This document shows, piece by piece, positions 18,627 through 28,180 of a stretch of DNA of 64,000 bases (positions are counted from its first letter, which is position 1; each line of letters opens with the position of its first letter). The notes under the pieces are model-generated. The model saw only the letters and a list, made by a program, of their open reading frames with translations. It searched no databases and was not told the origin of the DNA. Origin of the DNA: an uncultured Gammaproteobacteria bacterium (GTDB taxonomy: Bacteria; Patescibacteriota; Microgenomatia; UBA8517); assembly GCA_964599625.1 (NCBI GenBank), contig CAZRGC010000002.1:135883-199882 (forward strand), in the 5' to 3' direction. The position numbers and the translations under genes are program-made.

Positions 18627-19910
18627 ATGCCAAAGAATTCACTTATAAATTTACCCAAAGGAACCGCAGTCCCAAATCATATTGCAATGATTCTTGACGG
18701 CAATCGCCGTTGGGCCCGTTCACGCGGCCTTGAACCATGGAAGGGGCATTTCTACGGATATCAGGCTGTCAGAAAGCTTGCCCAAAGTGCCAGGCAGCTT
18801 GGCGTTCATACTTTTACGGTCTGGGCGTTCTCAACAGAGAATTGGGATAGGGCAGAGAGGGAAATTTCCGAAATAATGAATCTTTTTAGAAAGGGCTTAC
18901 TCGAGACAGAAAAAGATTTCCACAAAGATAAAGTTGCCTTTGTTCATTTGGGAAGGAAAGACAGACTCCCCAAAGATCTTTTGGCAGAAGTTACAAGGAT
19001 CGAGAAAGAGACGTCAAAGTATGCCAGAAATCATATATTCAATGTGGCAGTGGACTACGGAGGGCGCGATGAGATCTTGAGAGTGGTCAGAAAAATAGTT
19101 GACTCAGGTGTTTCTTCGAGCGAGGTCGACGATAAACTGTTCGAAAGCTATTTGGATACCAGGAACCAGCCCTACCCAAATCCCGATCTTTTTATAAGAA
19201 CAAGCGGAGAACAAAGAACTAGCGGACTTTTGCCTTGGCAGATGGTTTATAGCGAATTTTATTTTGAAAATGAACACCTTCCGGACTTTACACCGGAAAA
19301 ATTAAGAGAAGCAATTCTGGACTATTCCAGAAGGAGAAGGCGGTTTGGCGGCAATGATGCAGTCGAACATTTTAAGTTCCGCCCGGAACTTGTAGCCAAG
19401 TTTGAACTTTCCTGGTGGAGACTTAGAAACCTTCCTGATGGTGTAAGGCTTAGGGATTATGCAATGAAGCATCTTAAAGAGCAATTTGGACTTTCAGCAA
19501 AACTTGCAAAAGACGCAGCACTTTTGATGGCCGAAGCCATGATCAATGAAAATGCTGGCAAGTATGACGAAGCAAAAAAGAAGTTAAAAAAGTTTTACGT
19601 TTTAGTAAAAAATGAATTAAAGTTGGCTTTTGAACCCGATGTTGTAGCTTCACTCGAAGTAAAAATGAACAAAGAACTTGCAGGAAAAGATTCAATCGAG
19701 TCAAGTTTTGAAGCAGAAAAAACAGCCAAGGAGTTAACTGCCGAAGTCTACAGAATTTCTTTGTTCCAGGCGGCAAAAGCTGCGCATCTTAGGGTTTTGG
19801 CGGCAATAGAAAGAAATCTGGCAGAGCGTGGATTTGGGGAGAAACATTGGGCCCGCGCGGAAGACTATTTGGTTAAATACTACAATGCACTCAAAGAAAG
19901 GGTTGCATAA
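18627..19910 (+). CDS. uppS: undecaprenyl (cis-isoprenyl) diphosphate synthase with ~180-aa helical C-terminal extension
   Basis: HIAMILDGNRRWA substrate-binding motif and the remaining UPPS core (...RTSGEQRTSGLLPWQMVYSEFYF) occupy the first ~245 aa. A further ~180 aa K/E/A-rich helical region follows in the same ORF. Confidence 0.85.
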   Translation: MPKNSLINLPKGTAVPNHIAMILDGNRRWARSRGLEPWKGHFYGYQAVRKLAQSARQLGVHTFTVWAFSTENWDRAEREISEIMNLFRKGLLETEKDFHKDKVAFVHLGRKDRLPKDLLAEVTRIEKETSKYARNHIFNVAVDYGGRDEILRVVRKIVDSGVSSSEVDDKLFESYLDTRNQPYPNPDLFIRTSGEQRTSGLLPWQMVYSEFYFENEHLPDFTPEKLREAILDYSRRRRRFGGNDAVEHFKFRPELVAKFELSWWRLRNLPDGVRLRDYAMKHLKEQFGLSAKLAKDAALLMAEAMINENAGKYDEAKKKLKKFYVLVKNELKLAFEPDVVASLEVKMNKELAGKDSIESSFEAEKTAKELTAEVYRISLFQAAKAAHLRVLAAIERNLAERGFGEKHWARAEDYLVKYYNALKERVA

Positions 19911-19990
19911 AATGAGTGCAGTGCCAAGCTTTGCTTACAATGCACCAAAGGAGAGAGTTGCGTGACAATAAGGCAGATGATTATAAAAGC

Positions 19991-20578
19991 ATGAATATAA
20001 GAGACGCCAAAGAAAGTGATTTAAGTCAGCTCCAGGATCTTCACACGAAATTGCAATTGGATTTGTCCAAACTGGGAGAAACGACGTACGACACAGAAGT
20101 TCAAAAGAAGGGTTTTATGTTGGGAACAGACGGTGTACATGACATGACAGAGGAGCTTTCGAAAGCTTATAAGTTCCTGGTGGCGGAGGATAACGGAATA
20201 ATTCTTGGGTTTTTGATAGCGGATCATCGCAATGAACAAAAATTTTATGACGATGAATACAAAACCTGGTTTGATACAAAACTTAAGGACTTCTATTACA
20301 CAAGTGACAAGGGAATGACAGTTGCCACAATTCTTGTGGACCCGGAAAGCACCAAAAAAGGAGTGGCAACAACACTTCTGGAAGAATTGGAGAAAGATTT
20401 GAAATCGAATGGTTTTGAATATCTTTTTTCAATAGTGGTTGTGGCACCTGTAACAAACACACCGTCAATCATCTGGCATACAAAACAAGGCTTCAAGCGC
20501 CTGGCAATGGGGCGTCCCAGAAGACTTTTTGAGTTGGATAATTTTGTAAGTGTATTGTTTTGCAAAAAAATAAGTTGA
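19991..20578 (+). CDS. GNAT-family N-acetyltransferase (probable)
   Basis: The block ILGFLIADH...GMTVATILVDPESTKKGVATTLLEELEKDLKSNGFEYLF resembles the acetyl-CoA binding motif (Q/RxxGxG/A). Start uncertain: ORF begins 19916, and the Met at 19991 is preferred for length. Confidence 0.45.
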   Translation: MNIRDAKESDLSQLQDLHTKLQLDLSKLGETTYDTEVQKKGFMLGTDGVHDMTEELSKAYKFLVAEDNGIILGFLIADHRNEQKFYDDEYKTWFDTKLKDFYYTSDKGMTVATILVDPESTKKGVATTLLEELEKDLKSNGFEYLFSIVVVAPVTNTPSIIWHTKQGFKRLAMGRPRRLFELDNFVSVLFCKKIS

Positions 20579-20609
20579 AAGGACTGTCGCCATAAAGTAG
20601 AATCACCCC

Positions 20610-22109
20610 ATGGCCTTTCGAAACAAAAAAGTAAAAGAAATTTTGGAATACTACAAGCTTCCTTGGGCACTTTCTTATGTATCAGGAGTTGCTCATTGGG
20701 ATCTCGAGACTTACATGCCGGCCAAAGGTGCATCCTACCGGGGTGAGGCTCTGGCAAAAATTTCATCACTAAGGCAAAAAATATTTTTGGATAAAAAGTT
20801 TACTTCGCTAATCCATTCGGCTGCCAAAGAAAAAGGACTGAATGATGCAGAAAAGGGTGTTGTCCGTATACTTCTCAGGGCACTCCATGACTACGAAAAA
20901 TTACCTTCGGAGTTTATAGAGTCTTTTGAAAAGTTAACCAACGAAGCAACTGTTGTTTGGAGGAGTGCCAAAGAAAAGAGTGACTTCAAACTCTTTGAGC
21001 CATATCTCAAAAAGATATTTGATATGAACCGTAAGTCAGCAGATTATCTGGGGTACAAAGATTCTCCGTACGATGCGCTTTTGAATGAATTCGAAGAAGG
21101 ATTAACAAGTGGGGAAGTAAATAGTTTCTTTGAAACAATAAAAACACCCCTGGCCTTGCTTTTGAAGAACATCCAAAAATCAAAAAACTACAACAAAAAC
21201 CATTTTTTGGAGAGGCAGGCATATAACAAAGAAAAGCTAGAAAAATTAAATACCAAAATACTAAAGCTTTTCTGGGAAGATTTTGGCCGATTCAGACTCG
21301 ATGTATCAAGTCATCCTTTTACCACCTCCTTTTCGGGCAACGATACCCGTATAACTACATGGTACCACAAGGAAGACTTTGCCAGGAGTTTGTTGGCAAC
21401 TGTTCATGAATTCGGGCATGCCCTGTATGACCTTCAAAGCGATCCCGATTTGGAAATGACACCCATTGCCGGCGGAAGCTCTTTGGTGATTCACGAAAGC
21501 CAAAGCAGGTTTTGGGAAAACTTTGTAGGCAGAAGTGAAAGTTTTATTAAATATTTCAAAAAAGATTTTGAGGATGCAGTCGGTAAAAAGTTGGAAGTTG
21601 ATGATATAAGCCGTTATTTCAACAAAGTTTCTCCAAGTATGCTTAGGGTTGAGGCTGACGAGGTTACATATCACTTCCACATAATGCTTAGGTTTGAAAT
21701 AGAAAAGGGAATGATTGAAGGAAGATTCAAGATTAAGGATTTAAGAGAGATCTGGAATGCAAAGATGAAAGAATATCTTGGAGTTACTCCAAGAAGTGAT
21801 TCAGAAGGAGTTTTGCAAGATATTCATTGGAGCGGTGGGGCAGTGGGGTATTTCCCAACATATTCACTTGGAACATTTTTGGGCGCCCAGTGGGAGGAAA
21901 AAATGGGGAAAGTTATAACAGGCAAAAACCTTGGTAAAGATGTAGAAAAAATTAAAGCCTGGTTGGGGGAGAATATACACCAATACGGTTCCACATATAC
22001 ACTTTCTGAGCTTCTCAAAAAGAACAAAATGGAATTTGATCCAATGGTTAACCTTAAATATTTGGAGGAAAAATACTCAAGAATATACGGCTTCAAAAAT
22101 TCTCAGTGA
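20610..22109 (+). CDS. M32 carboxypeptidase (Taq-type metallocarboxypeptidase)
   Basis: HPF motif (SHPFTTSF), DxRxT (NDTRITT), HEXXH (HEFGHALYD), a second HESQSRFWEN block, IHWSGGAVGYFPTY and RVEADEVTYHFHIMLRFEIE. 499 aa. Confidence 0.85.
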   Translation: MAFRNKKVKEILEYYKLPWALSYVSGVAHWDLETYMPAKGASYRGEALAKISSLRQKIFLDKKFTSLIHSAAKEKGLNDAEKGVVRILLRALHDYEKLPSEFIESFEKLTNEATVVWRSAKEKSDFKLFEPYLKKIFDMNRKSADYLGYKDSPYDALLNEFEEGLTSGEVNSFFETIKTPLALLLKNIQKSKNYNKNHFLERQAYNKEKLEKLNTKILKLFWEDFGRFRLDVSSHPFTTSFSGNDTRITTWYHKEDFARSLLATVHEFGHALYDLQSDPDLEMTPIAGGSSLVIHESQSRFWENFVGRSESFIKYFKKDFEDAVGKKLEVDDISRYFNKVSPSMLRVEADEVTYHFHIMLRFEIEKGMIEGRFKIKDLREIWNAKMKEYLGVTPRSDSEGVLQDIHWSGGAVGYFPTYSLGTFLGAQWEEKMGKVITGKNLGKDVEKIKAWLGENIHQYGSTYTLSELLKKNKMEFDPMVNLKYLEEKYSRIYGFKNSQ

Positions 22110-22335
22110 GGTATAAATTTTTTGGCTTTACACCTCACTGATTTTGCTAACCGCGTCTTCCTCCGCCGGATTTTATGATGCTCCAAAGTACAAGCCCAAT
22201 GGGAACAAGTATCCAGGCACCGTTCAAGTTAAATACTGGCATCAGAAAGAAAAACAGGGCTGCGATGATCAAGAGAGTCATGCTATCAAGCTTGATTTTC
22301 ACTTATGCCTCCGTACCTTTTCCGGTTGAATTATA

Positions 22336-23148
22336 TCAGGAGTTTTTGAAGACTTCCCATTTTGCCTTAAATGCCTCAGTGAGAGCCGGGTGGTTTATCT
22401 CTTTTCCTTTCCACTCTGTATGTGTCATAAGCCATGGTTCGGAAAACTCTAACATTTTATCAATCAAGGGAGCGGAACACCTAAATAGCTCACCAATTGA
22501 GTCCGGAAACTTGGGAGCATAAACATCCAGAACTTTAGCCAGGTCGATTACAAGCACACGCCCGACAAGCGCAAGTTCCATTTCGGGATTTAACCCCGGT
22601 AAGCCTTGTGCTTCCAGTTTTCTTTGGTTTTGGAACACTTTCATGGCTGTGATAACGTATTCTGATTTTTCGATTGCTTTAAATGCGAAGTGAAGTTCGG
22701 GGTCTTTGCCGTTTATTACCTGATCATATCCATACCTTAATTTTTCTTTAAGGCTATCTTTCAAATTTAGCGACTTTATAACCCTTTTTGCCATTCGGGA
22801 CTCTGCTTTTTCGTCTTCTTCTGTTTTAACTTGTGCTGAAACATCTCCAACACCTTTGCCGTTTAATTTTGCTTCCCCTGTGTCGTGTGGACCAACTCCG
22901 TACAAGAAAGTCTGCCATTTATCCGGTGTAAATCTTGAAGCTTCCTTTCTGGCAAACCATTTTCCTATTCCGTAAAAGAGAACACTGTGGGTGAATACCT
23001 GTCCGGTTGCGCCAAAAACGCGTCTCCATGTTTCGTTATCTTCATCTGTTCTGAAGTGAGATTCCCAGCGGTAAGTGGTTAGAAGTGATTGTCCTGCCTC
23101 ACTAGTTTTTAGTGCGTTTGCAAATTCGGGAAAATATTCCTTACTCAT
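22336..23148 (-). CDS. hypothetical protein
   Basis: 270-aa ORF with no recognised motif. Confidence 0.45.
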   Translation of the reverse strand: MSKEYFPEFANALKTSEAGQSLLTTYRWESHFRTDEDNETWRRVFGATGQVFTHSVLFYGIGKWFARKEASRFTPDKWQTFLYGVGPHDTGEAKLNGKGVGDVSAQVKTEEDEKAESRMAKRVIKSLNLKDSLKEKLRYGYDQVINGKDPELHFAFKAIEKSEYVITAMKVFQNQRKLEAQGLPGLNPEMELALVGRVLVIDLAKVLDVYAPKFPDSIGELFRCSAPLIDKMLEFSEPWLMTHTEWKGKEINHPALTEAFKAKWEVFKNS

Positions 23149-23264
23149 TGGTGCTAATTTAATATCATTAGGGTAAGTGGAGAGTCAATAGGAAAAAAAG
23201 AACACAGGCGGTTAAGGATGAAATTTGAAAATTCCATAACCGGCCTGTGTTGGTAAATGCAATA

Positions 23265-23420
23265 TCAGTCGCGGCTGAAAACGATTGTGATCAGTCCGCC
23301 GGCAAGTGCCAGAAAGCCCAGCCACTTGAGGAGAGCTATGCTTGTGAATGCAAGCGCAGCCACTCCGGCCAAAATGAATATAACGCCAAAAAGGCGTTTC
23401 CAGAACACGTTAATCGACAT
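23265..23420 (-). CDS. possible small two-helix membrane protein
   Basis: Internal Met of ORF 23265..23468 gives MSINVFWKRLFGVIFILAGVAALAFTSIALLKWLGFLALAGGLITIVFSRD. Overlaps the 3' end of the upstream gene by 11 bp. Confidence 0.3.
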   Translation of the reverse strand: MSINVFWKRLFGVIFILAGVAALAFTSIALLKWLGFLALAGGLITIVFSRD

Positions 23421-23673
23421 GAGTCGGATTCTCCAGAGCGTTGGTGGATGTCGCCAGAATTCCGGCATCGGTGATCCATTCGCCGTGACGTTCGCTTTTG
23501 ATCATACCCTTGGTAACCAGTTCGAGATAAGCGGCGTAGTTGTCGCGCTCAGCCTCGACTTCGCGGCTACCCATCGGAAACACTGTTACGATGTTTTTGG
23601 GTTGACTCTCGGTGGTTTCAAACAGGAATTCCAGCATGGCTTGCTGAATATCGTTGGGAAGGAAATCGGCCAT
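23410..23673 (-). CDS. hypothetical small protein
   Basis: 87 aa. Strong RBS GGAGGCTAAAATG directly upstream on the minus strand. Confidence 0.45.
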   Translation of the reverse strand: MADFLPNDIQQAMLEFLFETTESQPKNIVTVFPMGSREVEAERDNYAAYLELVTKGMIKSERHGEWITDAGILATSTNALENPTHVD

Positions 23674-23865
23674 TTTAGCCTCCGTTATTGATAAATATGT
23701 GCAAATTACAACCTATATTATATCAGAATTCCTAAGTAACTGTTTTTATCTCAAACTAAGACTTGACATGTATGTACCCCTTTGTTATCTTGTGATTAAG
23801 TTAGATAGCACTTAGGCAGGGGACAGTATCAAAGTAGTATTAAGTATTTTAAAAAGTATTAACAA

Positions 23866-24084
23866 ATGAACGACGAACCAAAAAAGAAAGTAAAACTAGA
23901 TTCACTTCCTGATCTTCTTACGGTTCGTGAAGTTGCAGACGTATTAAGAGTTTCTCCGTTAACAATCAAAAGGTGGGGCAAAAGGGGTAAACTTCCGGCA
24001 ATAAGAATTAACTCCAGAGGTGACCGTCGCTACAAAAAGGAAGCAGTTCTTTGGCTTCTGGGAATGCAGGGTAACACTGGTTAA
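23866..24084 (+). CDS. excisionase/MerR-type helix-turn-helix DNA-binding protein
   Basis: LLTVREVADVLRVSPLTIKRWGKRGKLPAIRINSRGDRRYKKEAV matches the excisionase-family HTH domain. 72 aa. A TTGACA hexamer lies ~100 bp upstream, with no good -10 at standard spacing. Confidence 0.6.
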   Translation: MNDEPKKKVKLDSLPDLLTVREVADVLRVSPLTIKRWGKRGKLPAIRINSRGDRRYKKEAVLWLLGMQGNTG

Positions 24085-25166
24085 GCTTCTGAAGATTCGG
24101 TGGCAAGTCCCCAGTTATTTTTCATTTCCGTGTCCATATTCTCAAATGCATTATCAGGGATTTTTTCCCAATCCAGCTTTACAGGGATTTGATTTTGCGC
24201 AAGATCCAGTCCTTGCATTTCGTCTGTGCGTATAGGGACTATACTTCCAGATGCGGGATACATTTTGAATTTGGAAAAGTCCTGAGTGTCCCATCCAAAA
24301 CTAACATAAAATATTCCTTTCTCTTTTTGGATAATTGAACCACCCAAAAAGTAATCAACACCAGGCTTTATTCCATAACTATTTTTGGCTTCAACTTTAT
24401 AAACAGACTTCCACCTATCAACTGCCAAGATCCGGTTAAGTTTTCTGAATTTTAGTTCCTCGGTGCGGTAGTTGGGATATCCTTCTTCGCCGATGGTAAC
24501 AAACATTGCGGCAAGAGGGTTGGGATTTTCCATATCAAGGTTGCCTGCGAGTTTGGGCGGGGGTGGGGAATAAATGCCTCCAAATTCGGGTTGAGGTTTT
24601 TCGTCTGGTGACATGCCTTTTGCCCTCATTTCTTCGTTTTTGATCTCCTCCAGAACTTCCATATAAGCACCCATGTAGTCGGTGGCGGTTGGTTTCGGTA
24701 GTGAAGATGTGCCTGTTGCCATGAAATTGCCGGTGCTGTTTTGATTGCTTTTATAAAACAAACCTTGTTTTTGGGGTTTGGGGGAGCTGTTTGTACCGTG
24801 AATGCTATCGGCCAAGCTTCCAGTGTCGGGTATCAAACCGCGTTCTTTCTTGACAGCATTCAGATGGAATTGTTTTTGTCTTTCGCGAGAAGCTGCGTCT
24901 CGTTTGCAGTAACCTCGGCTAACATCAACAGTAGTTCTGAACTCCGCCTCCTCCTCGGGTGATCTTTGTTTTTTGAACCTTTCCAGAATTGACATCCTGT
25001 AATAATACTCCTGAGCCTCGAATTTGGCAAATTTGGTGTATAATCCCGACATGAACATGGAATTTTTGAGAGGCTTGGAAACCTGTCCCGAGCACGACAT
25101 TGTGGGTGAGTATGTTGCCCGCGGTAACGACTCGCGGGTTATCAGGGTAGCTGGCAAAATCCACAA
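24081..25166 (-). CDS. hypothetical protein
   Basis: 361-aa ORF. 3' end overlaps the HTH gene by 4 bp (convergent). Start uncertain, with several in-frame Met in the first 60 codons. Confidence 0.4.
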   Translation of the reverse strand: MWILPATLITRESLPRATYSPTMSCSGQVSKPLKNSMFMSGLYTKFAKFEAQEYYYRMSILERFKKQRSPEEEAEFRTTVDVSRGYCKRDAASRERQKQFHLNAVKKERGLIPDTGSLADSIHGTNSSPKPQKQGLFYKSNQNSTGNFMATGTSSLPKPTATDYMGAYMEVLEEIKNEEMRAKGMSPDEKPQPEFGGIYSPPPPKLAGNLDMENPNPLAAMFVTIGEEGYPNYRTEELKFRKLNRILAVDRWKSVYKVEAKNSYGIKPGVDYFLGGSIIQKEKGIFYVSFGWDTQDFSKFKMYPASGSIVPIRTDEMQGLDLAQNQIPVKLDWEKIPDNAFENMDTEMKNNWGLATESSEA

Positions 25167-25596
25167 AATTTACGACCAGGACCATCTACGCTTTATGGTG
25201 GGAAAAGAGAATGTTGCTTCACACGTCTCTTTGTATATGGGTATTCAAAATGCCGCCTCAATGCTTGCTGAAGCTGAAAAGTGGGAAATGTCACTGCCTA
25301 ATCTGAAAAAGCACCATCCCATGCGTGTTTTGAAATTTGATGAGGGGCACTTATGCAATGATTGTGGTGTTGTAACTGGTGTCCAGGCGGAAATAACCGG
25401 GCCGAATTTGGAGGATGACCCCAGGTTTCCCGACAAAGAAAGTCTGCAAAAAACATTAGAGGTCACTAGTGAGTGGATAGCTATGCGTATTCGGGTTTCA
25501 GGAATTTATTTATCAGTTAACAATATAAAGTTCCAAAACGACATAATGATGATTACCGACTTGGCATCTGTTGTAGGTGCGGTAAAACTTCAATAA
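25051..25596 (+). CDS. hypothetical protein
   Basis: ORF 25024..25596. Start uncertain because it overlaps the divergent upstream ORF. Confidence 0.3.
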   Translation: MNMEFLRGLETCPEHDIVGEYVARGNDSRVIRVAGKIHKIYDQDHLRFMVGKENVASHVSLYMGIQNAASMLAEAEKWEMSLPNLKKHHPMRVLKFDEGHLCNDCGVVTGVQAEITGPNLEDDPRFPDKESLQKTLEVTSEWIAMRIRVSGIYLSVNNIKFQNDIMMITDLASVVGAVKLQ

Positions 25597-25605
25597 AATT
25601 GAATT

Positions 25606-26307
25606 ATGGAAGGACAAAAAACCAGGATAGAAAAAAGAAGCGAATACGGAACAAGAGCTTATGCCTATAAAGTCTTAGAAAAAGTTAGATATAACGGAGA
25701 GCCTGTTGTCCCTGCAATTATCAAACAGTATACAGATGCTCGAGGGGAAATAACCGAGGTGGAAGAAATCGAAGGCAGAGAGCTTAAATACTTTTTAGCT
25801 GATCAAAAGCCGTCAACCACAGAGAAGCTTGAAGTGTTGGATGATATCGTGGGACAGTTGCAGGCAATTGACAAAGCGGGATTTGTGATTTTTGACAGAG
25901 TGCCAAGTATGGGAAACATAATGGTTACTCGCTGGGGCAAAAAAGGTATTTCTACAAGACAGATCGACATCGAATACATATATGTAAAAGCAGCTGGTGC
26001 AATGTATACGGATAAGCCCAACTCTGCAGTTGTTGGTAAATCGGATGCTTGCAAAAGGCTTAGAATTAACCAGTGGAGCGAAGAAGTTTTTGACTTTGCC
26101 CAGCTTATCAAGGCAAGTTTCGACGACGATCCTTATATTGCCAAAGTTGTTATGTCTGATGAGTTTATGAATAAATATAGGAAGATGTCACTTTATGGTT
26201 ATAATACAGATTTGTCCCAAAATGAATTTAACACAAAAAACGTTCTTGCCATACTCCGTGGTGATATACAAATGCTTATTAAGGAAGCCAAAACTAATCA
26301 AGCTTAA
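25606..26307 (+). CDS. putative atypical protein-kinase-like protein
   Basis: N-lobe-like YAYKVLEKV...VVPAIIKQY (possible beta-3 Lys) and catalytic-loop-like FVIFDRVPSMGNIMV (compare DLKPSNILV of RIO/Kdo-type kinases). 233 aa. Confidence 0.35.
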   Translation: MEGQKTRIEKRSEYGTRAYAYKVLEKVRYNGEPVVPAIIKQYTDARGEITEVEEIEGRELKYFLADQKPSTTEKLEVLDDIVGQLQAIDKAGFVIFDRVPSMGNIMVTRWGKKGISTRQIDIEYIYVKAAGAMYTDKPNSAVVGKSDACKRLRINQWSEEVFDFAQLIKASFDDDPYIAKVVMSDEFMNKYRKMSLYGYNTDLSQNEFNTKNVLAILRGDIQMLIKEAKTNQA

Positions 26308-28102
26308 TCTGTAAATTCCAGAAGTGGGAATATAACCCCTTTTTGTCTTTTAGGAGTTCTTCGTGGGTTCCTGATTCTTTTATTTTTCCGTTTTCCATAA
26401 CCACAATTTTGTCTGCGCGCATTACTGTAGACAAACGGTGGGCAATAATGATTGTTGTTTTGCCGCGCCTTGCTTTCCAAAAAGCATCTTGGATAAGCTT
26501 TTCACTTTCACTGTCCAGATGGCTTGTGGCCTCATCAAAAACCACAATATCAGGGTTTTTGAGAATCATTCTAGCAATGGCCAGTCTTTGTTTTTGTCCT
26601 CCGGAGAGTTTGACCCCGCGTTCACCGACTTCTGTTTCGTATTTTTCGGGAAGAGCTTCTATAAACTTATCAATATTGGCAATTTTGGCGGCATCCTTGA
26701 TTTCTTTTGCGGTTGCATTATCTTTGCCGTAGGCAATATTGTAGGCAATAGTATTATTGAAAAGTATTGGCTCTTGGGGGACAACTCCAATGAAACTTCT
26801 TAGCCTGCTTTTTGTAAAGTCTTTAATATTGTATCCGTCAATCAGGATACGGCCGCCAGTGAGGTCGTAAAACCTCATCAGGAGTTTGGCCAAAGTAGTT
26901 TTGCCGCTGCCGCTTCTGCCGACAAGCGCAATGGATTGTCCTTTTTCTATCTTTAGATCCATGCCGTTAATTGCGTTTTTGTTTCTGTTTTTGTATTTAA
27001 AATTGACGTTTTCAAAACTGAGAACACCTTGGACCTTTTTAACATTCAGTGGGGAATCTGGATCTTTTACTTCTATTTCGTAGTCCAAAAGCTCCAAATA
27101 CTTTTTCAAGTCTGCATAACTTACGGATATATCTTTGATTCCATAAATAAGATCAAAGAGTCTTGGGAAAAATACGTTAACGTATCCCACAACAAGAACA
27201 AAGTCCCCAACGCTTATCTGTGTTTTGGAAAGCAGATTGGTTGCAAATATCAAGACAAGAAGAATCGATAAATTAATGAGTGACCCCACACTCATATCGA
27301 TCACGCGGTAAGTGATAAAGTGTTTCCAAAGATACTTTTTCCAGTCCACAAAAGTACTTTTTAGCCTGCTTTGTTCCCATTCTTCCCGGGCAAAAAGTTT
27401 GACAGTCTCAAAGTTTATTAAGTTATCGGTAAGAATCCCTGACACTTTATCCTCCCAGTCGTTGAACACTTCGCGGGTTTTGATGTTTTGTCCTGCCAAA
27501 TACTTTGTGGCAATAAGTGTGAGAATCATGGAAACAATAAATATTGCTATGAACCTTGGGTCGATTTTTACAAAAAAGTATCCCATTACAATGAAGCCGA
27601 TAAATATCTGCCACATGTTGTGGTTTATTTTGTCGTATATATGCCAAAAAGCATTGTCTCCGCGCTTAAAGGCGGAAATCAAAGAACCTGTGCTTTTGCC
27701 TGTATGGAATGTGAAGTCCAAATCCTGGACATAACGGAAAACTTTTGATCGGATGTCTATTGCCGTGTCTACAGCCACAATGTCCGCCGTAAACCACTTG
27801 AGGTTATAAAAAATTAGTCCTGCAAACTGAAATCCGGCAAACACCCAAATAAGGTAGGTTAGATGTGCTATGTCATTTTTTTGAATTGCCTCCACAAACA
27901 ACTTGAAAAAGTAAGGTGTAGCCAAGTCCAATGTAAAAGCCACAGTGGCAATGGACATACTGAGTAGGTACATCCATTTCTTTCTCCAAACAAAGCCAAA
28001 ATATCTTCTAAAAATCTGATACATATTTTTTGGGAACGCAAAAAGCCCCTTTCGGGGAGTCTTGTGGCGCTGGACTTTTATAGTAGCAGAATTTTTTTCC
28101 AA
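26294..28102 (-). CDS. ABC transporter, fused permease/ATP-binding (MsbA-like exporter)
   Basis: Six predicted TM helices in the N-terminal half. Walker A GRSGSGKTT, signature LSGGQKQRLAIAR, Walker B VVFDEATSHLD. 602 aa, though the real start may be the Met at 28024. Confidence 0.9.
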   Translation of the reverse strand: MEKNSATIKVQRHKTPRKGLFAFPKNMYQIFRRYFGFVWRKKWMYLLSMSIATVAFTLDLATPYFFKLFVEAIQKNDIAHLTYLIWVFAGFQFAGLIFYNLKWFTADIVAVDTAIDIRSKVFRYVQDLDFTFHTGKSTGSLISAFKRGDNAFWHIYDKINHNMWQIFIGFIVMGYFFVKIDPRFIAIFIVSMILTLIATKYLAGQNIKTREVFNDWEDKVSGILTDNLINFETVKLFAREEWEQSRLKSTFVDWKKYLWKHFITYRVIDMSVGSLINLSILLVLIFATNLLSKTQISVGDFVLVVGYVNVFFPRLFDLIYGIKDISVSYADLKKYLELLDYEIEVKDPDSPLNVKKVQGVLSFENVNFKYKNRNKNAINGMDLKIEKGQSIALVGRSGSGKTTLAKLLMRFYDLTGGRILIDGYNIKDFTKSRLRSFIGVVPQEPILFNNTIAYNIAYGKDNATAKEIKDAAKIANIDKFIEALPEKYETEVGERGVKLSGGQKQRLAIARMILKNPDIVVFDEATSHLDSESEKLIQDAFWKARRGKTTIIIAHRLSTVMRADKIVVMENGKIKESGTHEELLKDKKGLYSHFWNLQIKLD

Positions 28103-28161
28103 AAAAAAGCCCCCTCGTGCAAACGATCCTTTCGCAAGTTGCGAAAAAATCTCCGAGGGGG
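28092..28161. repeat. copy 1 of exact ~70-bp structured repeat (long-stem hairpin, minus-strand terminator-like)
   Basis: tttttttccaaaaaaaagccccctcgtgcaaacgatcctttcgcaagttgcgaaaaaatctccgaggggg recurs identically at 29680-29750. Outer arms gccccctcg/cgaggggg and inner arms tttcgcaa/ttgcgaaa form a nested hairpin. On the minus strand the stem is followed by a U-tract. Confidence 0.8.
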
Positions 28162-28180
28162 GAGAGAAAACTCTCTGAAT

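Noticed and set aside
22336-23148. ThyX-like thymidylate synthase
   Set aside because: The RHRxxxxxxxSxR ThyX motif is absent. The resemblance was only superficial, so the gene is called hypothetical.
25024-25166. Pseudogene or frameshift at the overlap of divergent ORFs 24081-25166 and 25024-25596
   Set aside because: Both ORFs have alternative in-frame Met codons that remove the overlap. Start-site ambiguity explains it more simply than gene decay.
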